Assembly: GCA_025201805.1 (NCBI GenBank)
Contig: MU619241.1
Location: 155,783 to 219,782, forward strand
Length of the DNA stretch: 64,000 nucleotides
From: Parasitella parasitica NRRL 2501
Taxonomy: Eukaryota > Fungi > Mucoromycota
Direction of reading: 5' to 3'
Of the stretch, positions 1 to 11,403 are shown piece after piece. The notes beneath the pieces are model-generated. The model did no database searches. It was not told where the DNA came from and saw nothing but the letters and a program-made list of their open reading frames with translations. The number at the start of each line of letters is the position of its first letter. The first letter of the stretch is position 1. Both the position numbers and the translations under genes were made by a program.

Positions 1-78
1 AAAGGGTTGCTGTTTTCAGGGCTGCGCCCTTAAATTGAACCAAGAATAAAACCCTTTGAATCTGTTCGGTATAGTTCC

Positions 79-420
79 ACAGTTGTGTTCGTGTCCCATA
101 TTCTCTTATGTGTCCCATTTTCATGTTGATGTCCCACTTTCATATTAACGTCCCATTTTCGTATTCGTGACCCATTTTTGTAATCGTGTCAAAATTTATT
201 TTCATTGGCCCAACCTAGTTTCGTCAACAGTAATATAATTTTTCAGTGGGCGGCTTTTCAATTCCCAAAGGGCGGTTTTTCGTTTTGAGGTTTCCTCTTG
301 AGGATTTTGAAGTTCCATGGAGACAACATATAGCGCCTAATACAATATGAGATATAGCTCTGGTTGTTGGAGTAATTGTAACAGCGGGCGTTCCTTTCAC
401 AGACCATCCACTAGATAATG
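79..420 (-). mobile_element. Relic of a Tc1/IS630-like (DDE_3) DNA transposon: transposase fragment plus one repeat-rich terminal region
   Basis: Minus strand encodes GWSVKGTPAVTITPTTRAISHIVLGAI, then frameshifted MELQNPQEETSKR, a segment typical of Mucorales Tc1/IS630 transposases. The adjacent 19-bp-period repeats resemble TIR subrepeats. Confidence 0.7.
88..201. repeat. About 6 degenerate copies of a 19-bp unit (core GTGTCCCATTTTC)
   Basis: ttcgtgtcccatattctct / tatgtgtcccattttcatg / ttgatgtcccactttcata / ttaacgtcccattttcgta / ttcgtgacccatttttgta / atcgtgtcaaaatttattt. Confidence 0.85.
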
Positions 421-1503
421 CACACCACAATAATATAAATTTACTGACTATGAATAAAATCTATTTAATGTCTAGAGTGTAGAGATGATATTCTGAGTGA
501 GTGCGTATGCGTGTATGCGTGTTAAGGATGGTGGAGGGAGAATATACATACGATCGATCAGGAGGATCAACTTACCAGTGAAGTAAACAGAATTTTGTAA
601 TTTTGTTAGGTAAACGCCTGATTAATCAAGGTGTGTTTATTTCTGCTTTACTATCGTATATGCAAATATCAATTGTTGAAATGAAAAGGCAGTAGATGAA
701 AAACATTTATTGTACACTATCAATAAAGTGAAATATAGAAAGGTGCGGTAAAAATTCTAGAAAGAGAGCATACTTTATTAAGCTGAGTGAAAGAGAATGA
801 GGCCAATTATGTTTATGCAAATCCTACAGAATGAGAGGTAGATCCTGGCAAACACAGACAGTACCTCATGTAGCGAGTAGATAAAGACATTATAAATATG
901 CTATGTATTGAGGGTGACAGTGATTACAAAAGGTCGCTTAGTTGCTTTTGAAAAAGAACAAACAAAGATACTTAACTTTTTGAAACTGGGCACTGCACGC
1001 AAATTTTCTTTAGATCTAAAACTGGTTATTACAGCAAGGCTTAAGTCATCTCTGGGAAGCATTGTAACTTTAAAAGATCATCAGAACTACCCTTAAACGT
1101 AGCTTAAGAACTACAATCCCCTGAAACAAACTATAGATCTTCAACTTTAGATCAATGACTAACGCAGCTACAAATCTCTTCCACTTGACAAAGACAAAGT
1201 CCAGGAAAACGGCTTTAAAGACAACAATGAAAAGCACTTTCTGCTTCTGTTCGACATCGATGCAATCCACCCTGCAAGCAACGTAGGTTTTGAGCCATCC
1301 CATAGTCCCTAAAAAGTTACTACGGAATCTGAAAAGCGCAAAATTTGCACAGTTTGTAGTAAATCCAGAGAACGTGTTCTTTGATAATTTGAAAGAAATG
1401 ACGAGCTTGTGCCAGGGTTGGAGTCTAAGAATAGCCTGATTGCTTCTTGCAAGAGTTCTATCTTCAATATCATTGCCTTGTACCATAGAAAAAATCCCTA
1501 TAT

Positions 1504-2062
1504 CTGACGCTTTTATCATTAGAGTCTCAGGACGAACCCAAGATGTCTTAGTTTAGAGCACTGTCGCTAATGGTGCAAAGATAAGAATCACCTTGCCCTG
1601 CGTGATACATATCGTATCCCAGTTAGCCAAAGCCAGGATGGTCGTCCGGGAACAGTTGCAGACCTTTGTTGTTTTTGTTGCGGCATCTAACAAGATTCCT
1701 AATACTGACGCTCTTATCATTAGAGTCTCAGGACGAGCCCAAGATGTCTTAGTTTAGAGCACTGTCGCTAATGGTGCAAAGATAAGAATCACCTTACCCT
1801 GCGTGATACATATCGTATCCCAGTTAGCCAAAGCCAGGACGGTCGTCCGGGAACAGTTGCAGACCTTTGTTGTTTTTGTTGCGGCATCTAACAAGATTCC
1901 TAATACTGACGCTCTTATCATTAGAGTCTCAGGACGAACCCAAGATGTCTTAGTTTAGAGCACTGTCGCTAATGGTGCAAAGATAAGAATCACCTTACCC
2001 TGCGTGATACATATTGTATCCCAGTTAGCCAAAGCCAGGACGGTCGTCCGGGAACAGTTGCA
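1504..2062. repeat. Near-identical 201-bp tandem repeat, ~2.8 copies
   Basis: Units start at 1504, 1705 and 1906 (CTGACGCT(T/C)TTATCATTAGAGTCTCAGGACG...), with only a few substitutions between copies. Confidence 0.95.
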
Positions 2063-2153
2063 GTTGCGGTTGTAGATGCAGTTTGAGATCCACTTAATGT
2101 GAATAATAACAATAATACCCTAATGAGTTGATTACGTGGAAAAAATTCTACAT

Positions 2154-4518
2154 TCATAAAGCGAGTCGCAATTGCATTCTAATGTATTTTGTAATGCATC
2201 TATTGGCTGCTGCACAACACAGCTGGTGATTATAATACCGCGTAAGTACGCCTCTTAACATATTTGTAGCTGTTTCTAATTGCCGGATTTGATCTTCATT
2301 CAAGTTTATGTTGTTGTCAAATTTCAAAGTATTTATAACAGATGAGATGTTGGCTATACAGCCATCTATTTTGCTATCAGCAGTCTGGGGAGGCAAAGGA
2401 TTGATAACAGCGGTATCCCGTGGTGTTCTTTGCACAGTAGGTATAAGGATTGGTACTATTAGAACACATTAGCTCGCTAATCTTTGGGTTTTGACTATAG
2501 AATATTACATTCATATACCATGAGGTCTCTACGCCAATGTTTCAACAAATACATATGCTTGCAAGCTGTTTGGTTCCATTGAAAGTCTTGACAAGCGCAT
2601 GATCGCATTTCTTCATTTTGTACAATGATTTCCTAGTGGGACATCTTCTGTTGTGAAAGACTGGATAGCAAATTTGAGAGTTTCGCTGTCGTTGAGCAAT
2701 TCTACAACCATAAACTGAAGAATCGCGACATTGATTGCTTCAGCCGCCATTTCTCTTTGTCGACGCCTTCTTTCTTGGGGTCCCATCCTTCCTATATTTA
2801 AGCGAATTCTATCAGTATTCTGGATAAAATCCGGTTCAATATCATTGACAAGGATGTAAACTAAGCGGTCAATACGTCTGTTACGCTTTCTTCCAAGATA
2901 TAATGTTTTTAGTTGGTTATGCCAACTTTCAACGAAGTTATCGGTCTCCATATTTGTGAACATTTGCGGCTGATATGCAGCACACCAGTGCTGATACTTC
3001 CCTTGCGCAAAGTAGTAGGTGTCCATGTATATCAAGAATTCTGTGTATTGATGGAACATTACGAGAAAATTTGTCATTTTGAAGACAAATGCATCCGGGC
3101 TCTTTTCCCACATCATATTCTTCAACTGTGCAATCATTGCCCTGTGAACTTGTTGATTCTGAGCCGTGCTACCCAGCTTAACGGTGTCTCGTATCTTTGT
3201 CATCCAAGCTCTTGCGACGTGAAACAAGCACCATTGGACACTAACTCCAGGAAATACTTCGTTAATGGCACCATGCTCAGTAGCACTGACATCTATTGTA
3301 ATCTTTTGTAAGTTTGGCACGGCAATTTGCTCTTTTACAAAACGTAAAAAGGCTGCTACTGGTTGCATAGAGTGATCAGTTGTGTACATATACGCAACAG
3401 GACATCCTGTACCCGTATACGGATGCTTAATTACAATACTATACAAGATTCCTTGGCTGATACTTGTAACGCAGTGGGTTGCATCTAAGCAAATTGATAT
3501 TGATGTGGACAATAATGCTTTTTGCCATGAAATCAGTGCCCAAAAAGGTAACGTTTCCTTTTTGTGATGATAATTCTTGTAGCCAAAGTTTTACGGACTC
3601 TTTCTGGTCTCTTACTTTCAAATAAAATGTTTCTTGGATTTTTTTGTAGATGTTGTAAATCTCATCTGCATGAACCATTGGATCTTGATGAATCAGGGAA
3701 GAAGTCGAATTATCAAGGCCAGTCAGCACTTGATTCTCTGTAATGAACTTGTTACAATTCGTCTGGATGGCGATTCTTGTTTGCCTTTTGCTGAAGCCCT
3801 CCTTTAATCGTTGCTCAATTAGTTCTCTTGCTTCTTTCGATAAGGGCAAATGTTGTAAATCATTCAACCCTCCAACATCGTGATTATGTTCTCCAGTATA
3901 AATGAAGGTTGCATAACCAGGATTGTTCTTGTAAAAGATTACTTTGAGTTTAGCACTACAATTAATCTTTTTGCTTGGCTTTTGGAGATCACGAATAACA
4001 CCTGATGCACCCCCTTTGGTGATTGATCCTTCGGCCATCTTATTACGCTTTTCTCCAGCTCGATGGCATTCAAAGGTAGCATACCAGAAATAGAGACTAA
4101 CTACCTTTCTTTTTTTGTCAGGTCTTTCGTCATTGGCAATTACAGTTTCTCTAGCCTTGATATTTTTTTTAATCCATTTCACGCCGTACAGTGAAACATT
4201 ATTTTCCAATGTCGTCTCCCATTGTGATTCAGGAACGGTAAGCTCAGAAGGAATAGGGCGATATTGATGTGAAGTCATTTGTAAATTAATAAAGTAAATA
4301 AAAGGTATCAAATCTTTGGTAAACTTAAACAATGAAGCACCAGCTTTAATGTTTATTATTGAATTTCTTTTTCAAGTACAACAGATCTTTTTTTTTACAA
4401 TTTTTTTTTTTTTTTTTGAAAGTAGTCTAAACCAGTTGAAAATGGTCAATATTGACTTAGAAACAAAATTTGCCGGCGAAGGGGTGCTGGTTGGTGGGGA
4501 CGCGGAAATCTTGCCCCC
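2154..4518 (-). mobile_element. Degenerate Mutator-like (MULE) transposon with a disrupted transposase
   Basis: N-terminal WRKY/FLYWCH-like finger (FECHRAG...KINCSAKL...GEHNH), MULE domain (ICLDATH, ITIDVS, WCLFHV, NFVESWHNQLK) and SWIM finger (CACQDFQWNQTACKH, ~2555-2600). Frameshift near 3530 and frameshift plus TAG near 2635. Possible G-rich terminus (GGGGGCAAGATTTCC on minus) at 4518; no partner TIR seen. Confidence 0.9.
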
Positions 4519-4993
4519 TAAGGCAACGAACTTTGATGGCATTGCCACCAAAGTTTAAAGATGTCATCAATTATTTAGCTTATTTTAGGAGGAAATAAGG
4601 CTGTGCCGGCGTCTAATCTTTGTATCCTCGTATTGATAAACTAAATAAGGTTGCTATTTCCAACAGGATACCACTTTTTAATTCTTGGTTCTCGAATGTA
4701 ACATCTAGCTTTGAAAGTTAATTTTTTTTTCCCTGCGTAATACGCAGATATTTCTCATTTATAAAATCATCCATTGGAGCATTTAGAAGCAAGATAATCA
4801 TATAGGTATTCCGTCAATCTCATACGTAGAACTATATGTCTCTACTTTGAAGGTTTTTTTTTTACGCTCCTCTTATGGACGTTCCCCTGTCAATCTCCCT
4901 AAATAACAATAAAAATTAAAAAAATCTGTTCCTGCCACTTCAAACTGATTGAAAGACCTTCCCACACACAAACCTTTCATTTTCTCAAGAATT

Positions 4994-6334
4994 ATGAATA
5001 TTTTGACAGGCAGAAAACTTGCAAAAACTGCTTTTGTGCGGTTCTCTTCGACATATCGCACCATTAATGTTGGGCAACCATTTACGGCAGCACATCGTGT
5101 TTATATAGGTAATTGGTAGTTCTATCTGGATAAAAAAAAAAAAAAAAAAAAAAAAAGAGCGAAGCCCATAGCTGACCGTCGTTACAGAGAAGGATGGTAA
5201 AGTCATTTCGCCTTTCCATGATATCCCACTCTATGCTAATGGAGCCAAGGAAAAGGGTGTTGTCAATATGGTAGTAGAAATTCCTCGATGGACAAATGCT
5301 AAAGTTGAGGTACGATCTTCTGGACAAAGGGTAAAATCAAATTCTAATAATTTGCTTCCCGTTTAGATCGCAATTGGAGAAAAGTACAACCCTCTCCAGC
5401 AAGATATCAAGAAAGGGAAACCTAGATTTGTTCAAAATTGCTTCCCATACAAAGGATATATTTGGAATTATGGCGCTTTACCTCAGGTAGTTTATCCAGA
5501 TGGACGTTTTTTGTTTGATTCACTGACAATGGGTAGACCTGGGAAGATCCAACACATATCCATGCCGAGACAAAGGCCAAAGGTGACAATGATCCTATTG
5601 ATGTGATTGAAATTGGCGAAGCTATTGGAAAGCAAGGCGAGATCAAACAAGTCAAATTGTTGGGTATTTTGGCCATGTTGGATGAAGGGGAAACTGATTG
5701 GAAAGTGCTTGCTATTGATGTGAATGATCCAATGGCATCTAGCGTGAATGGTAAGTGCACCAGTTGGAAGATAGCTTGATATTTATCCATGGATAAATCG
5801 TAGATGTTAAGGATGTAGAACAGCATTTTCCTGGATTAATTGATGCCACAAGGACTTTTTTCAGAGTGTACAAAGTTCCTGCTGGCAAACCAGAAAACAA
5901 TTTTGCATTTAATGGAGATTGTAGAGACAAAGTATTTAGAAATGCGAGTCAAATGCATGCAGACATTTACCAATATCACACGATAGGCTTATGCATATTC
6001 CATTGTTGAAGAGACTCACGAAGCCTGGAAGAGACTTATTCAAGGAAAAGTACCTTGCACAACCGATGTGTACAAGTTAAATGTGCAAGTACCAAAGGCA
6101 TCATCGCCCGTGATTAGAAAATGACTAATTTTCCATTTAGCCATAACGTTACTGTCGAGGGATCGCCTTATAGACTAGAAAATGATCAAGTTACACTGGT
6201 TAAAGAGGTGAAATATGTAAAAACAATTATTCAAGCACTTTATTTCTGATCGTTATTACATGATATAGGACGCTGTTCATACTGTTAAGGAGCACGAAGC
6301 TGAAGGATACGACTCTAAATGGTATTTTGTATAA
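4994..6334 (+). CDS. Inorganic pyrophosphatase, probably mitochondrial (7 introns)
   Basis: Spliced product: [19 protein letters not shown] (presequence-like), [50 protein letters not shown], ending KWYFV*. Confidence 0.93.
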
Positions 6335-6387
6335 TCTAATGGTCGTCCATAGACAAGCATTACTTTTTTTTTTAAAAAAAAAAAATC

Positions 6388-7256
6388 CTACATAAAATCC
6401 TCCTCTGCTGCATTAATATCCTCTACTTCGGTCTCTCTATGATTACTCTTCATCAAAGACGGGTCAAACATATCATTGATATCTTTTTCCGCTCTTTGCT
6501 TTTCTTCTGCCAAGACACGAGCTCGTTCCTTGTCGGCAAATTCACCCTGACGAGCCTTTAGTCTATCTATTTTGTCTCTCTGTACTTTTTCCTGTAACAG
6601 ATCTGGGAAGCGTTCAACCTTGGTCCTGTTGAGTCTATTGATTACATCATTAATACGCCTCTCCACAAAGACACGTTTGACCTTTTTGTTGTTGTGAAAA
6701 GTTACTTGGCCCGTTTCCATGCCAGATGTCTTTTTAAGGTTATCCCAGGGAGTGTAAATGACAGTGATTCCGTTCTTCTTGTTGCCTTCGATGCTGTTGG
6801 CTTTTACTAGTTGAGCACAATCATAAACAACTGCTTCAGGTATATCAAGCCATGTTTGGCCAGGTTGTAAGCGAACGTAAACATGGGCACTGGAAAGCTT
6901 ATCAACGTGAAACTACTGTACCTGGTTAGAAACCGGTGCAGTACAGCTAGTTTTTCAGTTATAAATACCCTATACAATAGTATCAGCATCAACATCAGCC
7001 CTGTTATTTCCCGCGAAATCACCATACCAAATATCTTCTACAAAGCCGTATTTGATTAAATCGTCATCTACATGTGCGAGGTTAAAAGGAATGTCTGCGA
7101 TGCTATCTTTGTATTTCTTACTTTCAAACTTGTCCTTTCCCATATAAATAGTTACAGGAGGATCGACAACTTGGTTGGTAATCGGCAAACGTTGGTATTT
7201 GTTTAGAAAAAAAAATGTTTTCACCACCTACCATTGCTAGTGTAGTATAAAACCAT
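6388..7256 (-). CDS. CCDC25: CCDC25/Jlp2-family NFACT-R domain protein (3 introns)
   Basis: [66 protein letters not shown]. Confidence 0.92.
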
Positions 7257-7425
7257 TTCTACAGATTGACAAAGTTGAAATTTGGGGGGGAGGGTGCTAT
7301 ATGGTATGATACACATCGTGGCTTACTCAGTGACCCTCTTTCATACAATGCTAGATACAGTATGATCTATGGCTGGAGAATTTCTTTACATTTGTGATTT
7401 TTATCAGTCAAATACACTGTAGAAA

Positions 7426-7976
7426 ATGAGGATCAACCAAAAAAAAAAGATGAAGAATACTGATATTCTGTCTGCTGGTAGCAAAGTATATGCAAAGAAG
7501 AGAAAGGCTAGGAAAGAAACCGTCGAAAGCGTCGATTTTGACGAAGCTAGCAGAACGTAAGATAAATGATAATGATGATGATGATGATGTAAGCCTCAAA
7601 ACGATATTGACTAGAATGTTTATCCTATAGCGAATTCCTGACAGGATTTCATAAGCGCAAGGTGGAGAGAAAGAACAAGACCAAAGAAAAGTACGCCTTG
7701 TTGGCAAAGGAAGAAAAACTACGCAACCGTAAAGAAGCCAGAGAGCAACGTCAGCGCCTGGCTGATAAAAATGTACAAGAAATGGCTGCCATGCTGAGGA
7801 CAAGCCTCGATGATACTGACAAATTTGAGCCTGAGGATGAGGATGAGGAGGATGAGGATGAGGATGAGGATGGCAAGAAAGAGGAAAAGAAAGCACACAA
7901 GGTGCAAGAATTCAAAACCAAATCCACACTGACTACTGTCACTGTTATTGAGGATTTGGATTTGGAAAACGAGTAG
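7426..7976 (+). CDS. RRP17: rRNA-processing protein Rrp17/NOL12 (1 intron)
   Basis: VESVDFDEASR..EFLTGFHKRKVERK signature, acidic tract, C-terminal TTVTVIEDL. Confidence 0.88.
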
Positions 7977-8183
7977 ATCTGTTTATACGTTGTACTGTAC
8001 ATATACCTCCGCTATCATAATAAAAAGGAATTTTCATCATACTCTGGCTTGAACAATGTCTCAACCCCAACATTGCGAAGCTTGATCATCTGAATTTTAA
8101 ACTTGATTTATGATATACTGGGAGTGACATTTGGGCCGCTCTTCTTTTCGCACCTTTTTTTTTTCTTTTTTTCTTACACAGAC

Positions 8184-9363
8184 ATGAGGCCTGATGAACA
8201 CAAAGCAAGAGAATCTCGCAAATACCAACAGCGAAAGAAACAAGTGGGAGACAGTTCGGCTGCTGAGGTCGCAGAGGCTCGTAAGAGAGAAGCAAGAGCA
8301 CGCGATAAAAGCTTGGGAATGAATGCTATTCGCAGACGCAACGGCGATTTTGTTGAGACAGAGGAAGAGATTGAGGCAAGAAAGAAGCTCCAGGCTAAAT
8401 TTTCGAGGAGAAAACTCGAGTCTAATCTGAGCAGATACGAAGAAGAAAGTGAGCAAGGCAAGTGGGTGCTTATCAGGTCTAGTGCTTGCGCCCTTATCTT
8501 TTTATTCTGTTTAAACTAGATGCTTTGGAAAGAGATGCTGAACTGGGGATTGATCGAGAAACAACGGATCTGGTCTCAATGCTGGAGGAAACAGGTTGAT
8601 CTTCAAACTTATGTGTGTGTGTGTGTGTGTCTGTACGATTTCTCTAATGCTGCTCATAGAGGAGGGTAGCTCTACGTTCTTTAAATTCAAGCAAGAAAAG
8701 CTCTTTGAATCAACAAGTAATCCACAAGACATGGTACGATATAACCGCCAAGCCAAAACCTCATATGCACTACTAACACTGCCTATATACATTTATATAA
8801 AAGATGAGTCGCAACATACTGCAACTAGACTTCAACATGTTTGAAAACACCCTGCAATTTTATGACACAGACTTGTTACTTGGCATGTCGGACGAAAAAG
8901 AGCTGGTACTTGTTGGTAATTACGAGTTTTTTCAGACTGGAAGCTAACAACAAACCTTTTGATTTAGACACAAACTGCCTTGAATCAGCACCCTGTGGTA
9001 TTAGACAAGCCAATCGTGCCATCTTTCTCTAAAAACACCAAAGGATATGTCCTTTTTAAATCACAACAGTTGGCCAAACCCAACATTATCTCGGAAGCAG
9101 ATGGCATATATTTGAGAAACGATGGCTCAAATCACCGTGTGATACCCAAAGACGTGACGAAGCTAGACCAGCACCAGGCGAATGATTTAGACGAATTATT
9201 AGCACTAAAGCAGGAAAATACGTCCACCCTTTCTCGCCCTCAACCTCCACAAACACCGAAAAAGACGATGCTACCAAAACCAGGCTCCATAAAAAAAATA
9301 GCTGTGGACAAAGACGAATCTGCAATTGACGATGAAGCTTGGTTAGATGATTTACTGGGCTAA
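8184..9363 (+). CDS. Aven-like protein (4 introns, the first GC-AG)
   Basis: Spliced product: MRPDEHK...KFSRRKLESNLSRYEE...TTDLVSMLEE..GSSTFFKFKQEK...LQLDFNMFENTL...DLDELLAL...DDEAWLDDLLG*. Motif order matches animal Aven as I recall it. Confidence 0.7.
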
Positions 9364-9443
9364 AATAAAACATNNNNNNNNNNAAAAAAGACATTTGGAA
9401 TCTACAAAAGTGAAATCCTTACATGCGCAGCTTTATTCAAAAA

Positions 9444-9753
9444 TTATTGGAAATACGACTCTCCCAGGTCAAGGTTGGTAAGGGTGTTATTCTTTGTATT
9501 GGTCGAAGTAGAAGTAGACAGGGCCCCCTTTGGGAACAACTGAGGGCTGATGGGGATAATTGGGCTCATGGGATCCCTCACAATTTCGCCACTCGCACCT
9601 ACAGCAGGCACATTCAACGAAGCTGTCAACTTGCGGATAGATGTAGACTTTTTAACTTTGGGTCTGTGTGTATCGACAGCAGCAATATCCACTACAAAAA
9701 TGAGAACTTTGTCAGCGCCCTACCGTAGAAATGGCCATCTACTGGCAATACTG

Positions 9754-9787
<34 letters not shown>

Positions 9788-11263
9788 GTACCTTTGAATC
9801 GCTTTTCTTCGCATCCATATGCTTTGGGCGTCAGTTCAATGACAGTATGAAGGGGGATTTTTATGTATGGGAGATCCTCATGGCTGTAGTTCATAAAGTA
9901 GGCGTAAATACATCTTAGAATGGCTTGGTGGCCAATAATGAGGATATTTTCATGGCGCTCCAGCTCCATAATGACAGGCTCCAGTCTAAGGACAACGTCG
10001 CCGTAAGACTCACCCCCTCTATATCTATAATTGAATTTGTCTTCGTCTCGATTTGCAAAATCCTCGGGATATTTTTGCTGTGAAAAATATGGGTAAAAGA
10101 ATCCAAGCGGCTAGTTTAATCTGCTTCAACATACCTCAATCTCTGTGTATGTCATGCCGTCACATACGCCAGCATCCAGTTCATCCAACGCCTTCCATTG
10201 CAGCTTGGGGTAGTCCAGCTTTTCACTCGTTTCGATGGTTCGCTTCATGGTCGAGGTCCACACAGTCAGGTCTTGGTCTCCCAAGTTTGTCTTGATCAAG
10301 TCAGGGAGCTTAGCGGCGTACAAACGGCCTCTTTCAGACAGGTTAGAGTCGCCGCCGATCTTACCCATGAGATTGTATTGAGATTCGCCGTGTCTGCTAA
10401 AGTAAATCTTTCGAGGCGCAATGTGCAGATTCATCAGATAATACACAATGCGAGACTCCAGATACCCTTGGATTTGGTTGATGATGTTCTGACTGCCCAC
10501 GTTGATCAGCTTGATATACGTGAGCTCTTGTTCTGTGATTGTCTCGTATTGCTCTTTGTAGTGATCGATACGGGCTCTAAAGTCAACAGCGGCCTCATCA
10601 GGGTCCATTTGGACATAGTCAGGGGACGACAGCTTGACGTCTTTAATGTTTGCCAGAATCAGCTCCTCGTCTTGGCAGATCGACTCGATGAACAGCACTT
10701 GGATGTCTTCTTTTCCTAGCTTTTCACACAGCCATCGACGTCTGGCCACTGTGCTGTTTGTCGCATCGTAGATGGCAACAATCCCCTGATCGTCCCTGAA
10801 CCATCTCATCATGTCCTCCAACGCCGCTGCTGCTGCTTCCCTTCTCTGCTGCTCGCCCAATGGGTTGTGCGGATCAAAAAATGTGTGAGGCAGATTTGCG
10901 CCGTGCAGCTGACGGCGGTAGTTTCCAACGTTGAACACCTTGGTCTTGATACCCAACCAGGTGAGATATCTGCAAACTGAGGTTTTGACAAAGAGTAAAT
11001 CGCATGCATTTTTGCCAGTCTTCTGCCAAAACTTACCTTTCTGCGCAATGTAGGTTTTACCTCTGGCAGGCAATCCGACCATCTATACATAGTAGGTCAG
11101 TACAAGAGTTTTGAGTATGAAACAATACGGGAAGAACACTATATTTACAACACAGGCAATTTTCAAATCTGAATTTTTTTTTTTGGGGGAGGAAGGGGAG
11201 GTATAAGCATGCTATCACAAACACAGGTGCATGTAGCGCAGTCTTCAACTTACTGGAACTCAT
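9444..11263 (-). CDS. 6-phosphofructo-2-kinase/fructose-2,6-bisphosphatase
   Basis: VGLPARGKT Walker A, DATNST, RHGES phosphatase motif, [14 protein letters not shown]. Exon 1 contributes 10 coding nt and exon 2 is a 20-nt microexon (11149-11168). Confidence 0.95.
9754..9787. repeat. (TAC)n microsatellite in a PFK-2 intron
   Basis: About 11 TAC units. Confidence 0.9.
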
Positions 11264-11346
11264 GGTAAATCGATAAGGACAGAGAAAGATAAAAGGCACA
11301 TTGGCACAAAAAAAAAATCCTACTATATTTTTATTCTTCCAAAACT

Positions 11347-11382
<36 letters not shown>

Positions 11383-11403
11383 AATTTTTAAACCAATCAA
11401 ATG

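Noticed and set aside
88-201. 19-bp repeats as CRISPR or iterons
   Set aside because: Degenerate and contiguous, next to a transposase fragment; better explained as TIR subrepeats.
1504-2062. Repeat array as CRISPR
   Set aside because: Whole units repeat with no unique spacers, and the context is eukaryotic with no cas genes.
6332-6352. Stop-codon readthrough creating a peroxisomal PTS1 (checked for PPase and IAH1)
   Set aside because: No TGA-CTA context, and the extensions do not end in SKL-like tripeptides.
10198-10719. 173-aa plus-strand ORF
   Set aside because: Antisense shadow of the GC-rich PFK-2 exon.
11349-11379. Poly(A) as a retrocopy tail for the intronless kinase gene
   Set aside because: Wrong orientation: it reads poly(T) on the gene's strand.
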